Part shown: piece by piece, positions 23,770-29,961 of the stretch | Numbering within the stretch: position 1 is the stretch's first letter | Layout of the letters: every line of letters begins with the position of its first letter | From: a bacterium | GTDB lineage: Bacteria > Hydrothermota > Tepidihabitantia > Tepidihabitantales > Tepidihabitantaceae | NCBI GenBank assembly: GCA_046485285.1 | Contig: JAWOHE010000040.1 | Location: forward strand, 1-32,080 | DNA length: 32,080 bases | Reading direction: 5' to 3' | Notes under the pieces: generated by a model | The model's database searches: none | What the model was told of the DNA's origin: nothing | Seen by the model: the letters and a program-made list of their open reading frames with translations, nothing else | Translations under genes and position numbers: made by a program

Positions 23770-25935
23770 ATGGCACGGACAGCAGTCGCTACGGCCGTCC
23801 TCCTGTTCGTCTTCGCCGCGACCGCGCGCGCGGACTGGACGAGCATCGGGCCGGAGGGCGGGCCGATCTACTCGGGCGCGGTGGTGCGGTCGAGCCCGAC
23901 CGCCCTCTACGTCGTCTCGACCAACACCGGCATGCCGTTGTTGCGGAGCACCGACGGCGGGGCGAGCTGGGCGACCCACGGCGCGAACCTGGCCAACTAC
24001 CCGCGCCAGCTCGCGGCGCACCCGACCGACCCGAACTTCCTGTTCGGTGTCGTCAGCTCGATCTTCTACCGAACGACCAACGGCGGCGTGAACTGGCTCC
24101 AGTCGTCACTCGGCTCCAACACCAACGGCAACGACATCGCCCTGAACCCGCTGAATCCCCAGGTCCTCTACGTGCCCTGCTACCGCTACGACGGCTCGGC
24201 GTGGAAGATGGTCTCGGCCAAGAGCACCGACGGCGGGGCGACCTGGGCGATTACCCAGCTCGACACGGTCACCAGCACGACATTCTACTCGGCGGCGGTT
24301 GACCCGGTCGATACCAGCGTCGTCTACATGGGCGCGTACGCCGCGAGCGTGACCTCGGTCTACCGGTCAACCGACTGCGGCGCGAGCTGGACGAAGCACG
24401 ACTTCCCGGCCAATGCCTACTACGTCTACTCGCTGGTCGTCAACCCGTCGAACCGGCACGTCTTCGCGGGTACGCTGTACGGCGTCTACCGCTCGACCGA
24501 CCTCGGCGAGACCTGGACCCGGCAGAGCACCAACAACTACAACTACCGCATCGTCTTCGCGCCCGACGACTCGAACTACATGTACTCGGCGAGCTACACC
24601 TACCTCTACCGTTCGACCGACGGCGGGCAGACCTGGGTCAACTCGAGTTCCGGCATCCGGGGCACGATCATCCGGACCGTGCTGGTCGACCCCGAGGAGC
24701 CGGGTGCGGTCTACTGCGGCTCGACCGGCGGGATGTTCAAATCCACGAACTACGGCGCGAGCTGGCAGGCCGCCAACAGCGGCATCGTCGTCGGCAAGAT
24801 CCCGACGCTCGGGCTCCCGCCGCACGAGGAGACGACGGTCTGGGCCGAGTTCATCGACAACGACATCTTCAAGACCACCGACAACGGCGCGACCTGGGCG
24901 GCGCAGAACACGCCGCTCTCCTGCGGCAACGTCTGCGCGATCGCCTTCGACCGGCTCGACCAGGACCGGGTCTGGATGCTCGAAGGCTCGGGCTGAGGCA
25001 CCGCCGAGCTCTTCAGGAGCACCACTGGCGGCGCCAGTTGGACAACAATCGAAAGCTGGATGAACGATGGCGGCTGTCTCGCGGTTTCGCCGCACAGCTC
25101 GAACATCGTCTTCTGCGTCGGCAACCTGTACCTGAACAGCCGCTACTACTTCGTCGTCTCGCGCACCGCGGACGGCTCGACCTGGTCCAGGGACACGTTT
25201 GAGACCGCGAGCAACGGCTGGGCCATCGCGTTCGACCCGACCGACTCGCTCCGGGTTTACGTCGCGGGTGACTCGAACTACAGCTACCCGGCGCTGTTCG
25301 TGACCACCGACCTCGGCCAGACCTGGACCTCGAGCCGCGGCGGTCTCGCCGGGAAGGTCTGGACCATCGCGACCGTCCCGGGAAGCGGCGAACTCGTCTA
25401 CGTCGGTACGAGCAACGGCGTGTTCAAGTCGACCAATGCCGGCGCGAGCTGGTCCGGGACCGGGTTCACGACCCAGACCCGGGCGCTCGCAGTTGACCCG
25501 GATGACCCGAACACGGTCTACGCGGGCACCTACGGCCAGGGCGTCTCCGTCACGACCGACGGCGGCGCGACCTGGAACCCGATGAACTCCGGGCTCGAGA
25601 ACCTCAAGATACTGTCGCTCGCGATGCGCGGCGGCGCCGAGCCGGTGCTCTTCGCGGGCACCGAGGGCGGGTCGGTGTACCGGACCGGGGTCGTCACCGG
25701 GGTTGTCGACCGGCCGGTCGCGTCCCGCGCCGGCCTGCTCCCGGCGACCATCGTCCGCGGCGCGCTCCGGCTGCCGGGCGCGGAGCGGGCGCAGATGCTC
25801 GACGCCGCGGGCCGCAAGGTCCGCGAGCTCGAGCCGGGCGTGAACGACCTCGCCGGGCTCAGCCCGGGCGTCTACTTCGTCCGGGTCGGCGAAGGCGCGG
25901 GCCGACGCATCGCGCGCGTGACCGTGCTCGACTGA
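23770..25935 (+). CDS. Secreted Asp-box (BNR) beta-propeller protein with CTD; in-frame TGA at codon 409, candidate selenoprotein (721 aa if read through)
   Basis: ATG 23770 follows AAAGGAA, with signal peptide ...AATARA-DW. Track ORFs 23293..24996 and 25060..25935 share a frame and are separated only by TGA 24994-24996. The intervening codons (GTAELFRSTTGGASW) continue the repeat. There are 13 Asp-box motifs and a C-terminal sorting domain. Confidence 0.8.
24997..25035 (+). promoter_or_regulatory. Candidate SECIS/readthrough stem-loop
   Basis: GGCACCGCC (24997-25005) pairs with GGCGGCGCC (25027-25035, one A-C mismatch). Upper stem GCTC/GAGC (25008-25011/25017-25020) closes a TTCAG loop. Confidence 0.55.
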
Positions 25936-25954
25936 CCGGCGCGGACACAGACTC

Positions 25955-25982
25955 AGCCGGGCCGCCTCCGGGCGACCCGGCT
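25955..25982 (+). terminator. Hairpin downstream of the Asp-box gene
   Basis: AGCCGGG-C-CGCC-TCCG-GGCG-A-CCCGGCT; no strong U-tract. Confidence 0.45.
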
Positions 25983-26062
25983 CGTGCTGGTCGAACAGAC
26001 CGGCTCCTTTCCCGGGCGGTCCGGGGCCGAGCCGGTGCGGCCGGGCAGGTGCGTCTGTCATC

Positions 26063-26091
26063 TTGACGGATGGGCGAGGGGGTGCTACACT
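26063..26091 (+). promoter_or_regulatory. Sigma70-like promoter with extended -10
   Basis: TTGACG-N17-TACACT, with TG-n immediately before the -10. Confidence 0.65.
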
Positions 26092-26101
26092 CGGGCTGTC
26101 C

Positions 26102-26268
26102 GCGGGGATGACGCCGGCACCGCCGCGAGAGTGCGGATTGTTTCAGCCGGCACGACGGGTGCCCATCGGTGCCGGAGTCGGCAGGAGACCGCGGTGCAAA
26201 GGAGGACCTGTGCGCACCGGTAGAAGAAGCCGTCCGGAGCCTGCCGCCCTGTCCCTGCCGGTCCCCGC
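26102..26268 (+). ncRNA. Candidate structured leader RNA or ncRNA of unrecognised class
   Basis: Begins just after the promoter. The 5' and 3' ends are complementary and enclose three hairpins (see findings). Confidence 0.35.
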
Positions 26269-26311
26269 AGTCCCACCGCCGCGGCTCGGGCCCGGCTCAT
26301 CGGGCAGACCG

Positions 26312-27631
26312 ATGACCACCTGCTGGCGCTTCCGCCCCGCGGTCCTCGTGCTCCTGCTCGCGCTGGCCGCGACCGGGTACGGTCAGTGGGTCGAGGACTC
26401 GATTGACGTCGGCGGGGCCTGGGTAGGGAGCATGGCCTACAACCCGCTGATGGACGTGGTCTATGGCAACTGCCAGTACCGAGACGGGATCTTCTTCGCC
26501 ATTGACTGCGCGACCAACCGCGTGGTAGCGAGTTGGCCGGTCGATTGGCCGATGGAAGCGGCCTACGACTCCATCGATCACAAGCTCTACCTTCCCTTCG
26601 GCTTCGACGCCGAGTCTCTGGCGGTGATTGACGGCCGGACGCACCGGCGCATCAAGGCGATTCCGCTTGAATGGGCCCGGCTGTGCGTCTGGGACGGGAT
26701 GCGCGACCGGTTGTATGTTTCGTGTCCGGAGCGCGGTGTGGTGGCGGTGTTCGACTGCACGCAGGACTCGCTCATCTGCGAGATTCCGGTCGGGCGCTAC
26801 CCGCTCAAGATGTTTCTCAACGGCCGGCACCGGAAGCTGTACGTGCACAACCACGACAGCGAGACTTACTCGGTCGTGGACCTCGCGACGAACACGAAGG
26901 TCGCGACGATACCGGTTCAGACCAGCCTGGGCGCAGCCTGCTACAGCCGGGCGGGCGACAAGTTCTACTGCGGGGCGGGATCGAGCGTTCTCGTCGTGGA
27001 TGGCGGCACCAACGCCGTGCTGAGTGCGATTCCGCTCCCGATCGGGTGCCTGGCGATCGACATGGTGTCGGTCGAGGCCGAGTCGCTGGTGATGGTTTCG
27101 TTGTATGGCGGCGGACTGGATGGCGTGTACGCGGTTTCGGTGGCGACGGACAGCATCATCGCGACGCATTCGACGGGTGGGAATCCCCGTTACCTGGCCT
27201 GGAGCCTGGCCTCGGGTCTGGTCTACTGCTCGATAGGCACGGCGCGAAGCGTGGCGGTGTTCTCCGCGGACGGGACGAGATTCGTCGGTACGCTGGCGGT
27301 CGGTGCCGGTCCCTTCGTCATCACGCCGGTGAGCCGGCATCGACGCGTCTACGTCAGTCACACGAGCTGCGACCTTGTCTACGTCATCCGCGACGAGGCG
27401 GGCGGGATAGCGGAGGAGCCGCCCGGGGCCGGGCGGCCGGTGCGCGTCCGGGCCTCGGTGACCGCGGGTCGTCTGCGCGTCGAGGATGCCGGGCTGCTGC
27501 TCGACGTCAGCGGCCGGGCGGTGGCAAGGCTTGAGAAGGGTGAGAATGACGTCCGGCGGCTCGCGCCCGGGGTGTACTTCGTCCGCAGGCAGGACACCGG
27601 CGAGTCGGCAAGGCTGGTGCTGGTGGAGTAG
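26312..27631 (+). CDS. YVTN/YncE-type beta-propeller protein with short CTD
   Basis: Signal peptide ...AATGYG-QW. Repeats of KLY/RLYV...VAVxDxxTxxxxxxIPVG. C-terminal GENDVRRLAPGVYFVR. An alternative in-frame GTG at 26210 has an AAAGGAGG RBS. Confidence 0.85.
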   Translation: MTTCWRFRPAVLVLLLALAATGYGQWVEDSIDVGGAWVGSMAYNPLMDVVYGNCQYRDGIFFAIDCATNRVVASWPVDWPMEAAYDSIDHKLYLPFGFDAESLAVIDGRTHRRIKAIPLEWARLCVWDGMRDRLYVSCPERGVVAVFDCTQDSLICEIPVGRYPLKMFLNGRHRKLYVHNHDSETYSVVDLATNTKVATIPVQTSLGAACYSRAGDKFYCGAGSSVLVVDGGTNAVLSAIPLPIGCLAIDMVSVEAESLVMVSLYGGGLDGVYAVSVATDSIIATHSTGGNPRYLAWSLASGLVYCSIGTARSVAVFSADGTRFVGTLAVGAGPFVITPVSRHRRVYVSHTSCDLVYVIRDEAGGIAEEPPGAGRPVRVRASVTAGRLRVEDAGLLLDVSGRAVARLEKGENDVRRLAPGVYFVRRQDTGESARLVLVE

Positions 27632-27689
27632 GGCGGCCCCGGGGCCGGGGAAGTCGATACTGGGTATTGACACGCGGGGCAGGATTCGC

Positions 27690-27717
27690 TTGACGGCGGC
27701 GGAGTCAGGCCGACAAT
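27690..27717 (+). promoter_or_regulatory. Promoter of the LVIVD gene (apparently leaderless)
   Basis: TTGACG-N16-GACAAT; ATG follows at 27724 with no SD. Confidence 0.5.
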
Positions 27718-27723
27718 GACAGC

Positions 27724-29952
27724 ATGAGAACGACAGCGGTGCTTCTCGGATTGGTGGGGATAGCGTTCGCGTCGGCTTCGGCCAGTATGCCTGTAAGCGG
27801 GCAGGCCGAGCCGGACTGGTACTACCTGCACCCGGACTCTCTGCTTGTCCCGACCGGGCGGGCGGAGCGGTTTGGGCTGCCGGCCGGCAAGCTGTTCTAC
27901 CTCGAGCACCGGCACGGGCTTTGTCCGAGCCAGCGGCGGCAGGATGAGCCCGAGGCGCTCAACGTCCGCATGGTCGGCAAGTGGGGTGGCGGCCCGAGCT
28001 GGGGCGTGACCGGTCAGGACTCGCTGGTCTATCTCTCCCGGGGCAGCGAGGTGGTGGTGGTCAACTTTGCGGACCCGGCAAGCCCGGCGATTCTCAGTCA
28101 CATCCAGGCCCGACGCCTGGCCGGCCGGCCGGTGCTTCAGGACAGCCTGCTCTACCTGGCGACATCCGGTTACATCGAGGTGTTCAATATCAAAGACCCG
28201 GTGCACGCGTTCCGGGTCGGCCGGCTGGGGACCGCGGTGAACGACATCGCGGTGGCCGACACGCTGGTCTATGTGATAGCGCGGGACTCCTTCAAGGTGT
28301 ACAGCTTCGCGGACCCGCAGGCTCCGTATCTCGTCGGTGCCTGCCGGGACAGCGGATATGCTCTGGACGTTGAACGGGGCTACGCCTACCTCCGGGACCG
28401 CTGGGGCATGTACATCCTGGATGCGACCGACCCGGCGAACCCGCGGCGGGTCGCATCCTGGGGCACGGACATCGCAGGGGTGAAGGTGCGGGGGAATTAC
28501 TGCTACGTGGCGCAGGGGCAGATGGGCTCAAACAGCCTGCACGTGCTGAACGTGTCGAACCCGGCGAGCCCCTGGGAAGAAGGGCGGCTCTCCGGGCTGA
28601 CGGCAGAGGACATCCATCTGCTGGATACGCTGCTGTTCATGCCCGGGTTCTACGTGGTGAGCATTGCGGACCCGAGCCGGCCGCGCCTGCTGGGTCAGGC
28701 GCCGGCAGGGGGGTATGAGGCATGGGTAGATGATGCGGTCCGGTATGGGGTAACCGCCAACTGGGCTCACGGTCTGCGCGTGCTGGACCTTGCCGACCTT
28801 GCCAACCCGGTGCTGGACACGACGATGCTGGCAGCGTACGCGGCGGCGGACATTTCGGTCAAGGACGGGATTGCCTGCGTGGCCTCCCAGAGGGATTACA
28901 TGATGCTCTTCGACATCAGCAATCCTGCGGAGCCGCGTGAAGTTGGACGCTATACCTCACGCGGCGTGGTAGAGGCGGTTCTCAACGCCGGGACATTTGC
29001 CTATGTTCCGGCCGCACCCGCTGGGGACACCGTCCTTCACGCGGTTGACATCACTGACCCTGCCAACCCGCTTCGTGTCGGCTGGACTGGAGGCTGGGAA
29101 GGGCCAAGGGCCATGGCTCTGCAGGACAGCTTCCTCTACTGCGCCGAGCCGTATCGTTTCGAGGTCTTCAACGTGGCCGACCCCCGCCAGCCGGTGTGGA
29201 TGGGGAGGTGTGGTCTTACTACCTGGCGCGGAGGTATGGCGGTACAGGACACATTCGCTTACATTGCACCAAACATCGAGATCATCAACATTGCGCGCCC
29301 GGACCAGCCAACTCCCGTCAGCTCAACCACTCTCAGCGCTTGGGATATCGCGCTGCGGGATACCCTGGCTTTCATCGCGCATTCTCGGGAGTCGCTACAG
29401 GTCTATGCGGTCGCAGACCCGCGTGCCGTACGCCGGCTTGCTTCCGTCTGGGTACCCGGACAGGCGCGGTCGGTCGCGTTGGGTGACTCGGAAGTATATC
29501 TGGGCTGCGATGACTTCCGCGTATTCGATGTAGGCGATCCGTTACTGCCGGAACTCAGAGGTCGGTTTTCTACGCCCTACCATGTCGGGAGCATTGACGC
29601 GGGCAGCCGGTATATCTATACAGCCTGCTCATTTGCAGGAATCTGCATACTGGAGCAGTCGGAGACCGGAATCTGTGAGCCGGAAACCGGCTTGCCATTC
29701 CTGCCGGGTGATGGCCTAAGGTTAGTGCCGAATCCGGTTCGGCACTGGTCCCGACTGCATGGCAGCGTTTCGGGCATTCGGCAGAGTGTGCGGGTCTTCA
29801 ACGTAGTGGGAAGGGAGGTGACGAATACACGAATGCACAGGTCATCCGGCGGCGGGTTGCTCATCAACTTCGCCGGGCTGCCACCCGGGGTGTATTACGT
29901 CAAGAGTGTCGAGGGTGGCTTCGCAAAGCTAGTCAGGGTCGTGAAGATATAG
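27724..29952 (+). CDS. LVIVD-repeat beta-propeller protein with T9SS-type CTD
   Basis: Signal peptide and many repeats (YAYL...GMYILDATDPANPRRV; LRVLDLADLANP; LFDISNPAEPREVG). C-terminal VPNPVR...LPPGVYYVK...VVKI. Confidence 0.88.
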   Translation: MRTTAVLLGLVGIAFASASASMPVSGQAEPDWYYLHPDSLLVPTGRAERFGLPAGKLFYLEHRHGLCPSQRRQDEPEALNVRMVGKWGGGPSWGVTGQDSLVYLSRGSEVVVVNFADPASPAILSHIQARRLAGRPVLQDSLLYLATSGYIEVFNIKDPVHAFRVGRLGTAVNDIAVADTLVYVIARDSFKVYSFADPQAPYLVGACRDSGYALDVERGYAYLRDRWGMYILDATDPANPRRVASWGTDIAGVKVRGNYCYVAQGQMGSNSLHVLNVSNPASPWEEGRLSGLTAEDIHLLDTLLFMPGFYVVSIADPSRPRLLGQAPAGGYEAWVDDAVRYGVTANWAHGLRVLDLADLANPVLDTTMLAAYAAADISVKDGIACVASQRDYMMLFDISNPAEPREVGRYTSRGVVEAVLNAGTFAYVPAAPAGDTVLHAVDITDPANPLRVGWTGGWEGPRAMALQDSFLYCAEPYRFEVFNVADPRQPVWMGRCGLTTWRGGMAVQDTFAYIAPNIEIINIARPDQPTPVSSTTLSAWDIALRDTLAFIAHSRESLQVYAVADPRAVRRLASVWVPGQARSVALGDSEVYLGCDDFRVFDVGDPLLPELRGRFSTPYHVGSIDAGSRYIYTACSFAGICILEQSETGICEPETGLPFLPGDGLRLVPNPVRHWSRLHGSVSGIRQSVRVFNVVGREVTNTRMHRSSGGGLLINFAGLPPGVYYVKSVEGGFAKLVRVVKI

Positions 29953-29961
29953 GAGGTTACG

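Noticed and set aside
24994-24996. Genome-wide TGA reassignment to Trp or Gly (code 4 or 25)
   Set aside because: TGA ends several genes at their expected C-termini (11309, 15724, 25935), and no other gene in the window has an internal TGA.
25060-25935. Independent 291-aa gene
   Set aside because: It has no signal peptide despite its CTD, no clear SD, and starts mid-repeat; upstream in-frame codons continue the Asp-box pattern.
3122-26061. Long antisense ORFs (3122..5200, 5963..7594, 7764..10415, 14261..15832, 18543..20225, 24367..26061)
   Set aside because: Shadow frames of well-supported genes in high-GC DNA; no recognisable motifs.
26102-26268. Assignment to a cobalamin riboswitch, tmRNA, SRP or 6S RNA
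   Set aside because: Only fragments resemble these (GGGGATGAC, GAGCCTGCC). Core motifs such as the GGGAA/B12 box, a T-loop with CCA end, and the SRP GGAAG-CAGC loop are absent.
5357-26311. Upstream extensions in the ORF track (starts at 5428, 7701, 14240, 23293, 26063)
   Set aside because: Several of these TTG starts are the -35 boxes of promoters; RBS and signal-peptide positions support the later starts.
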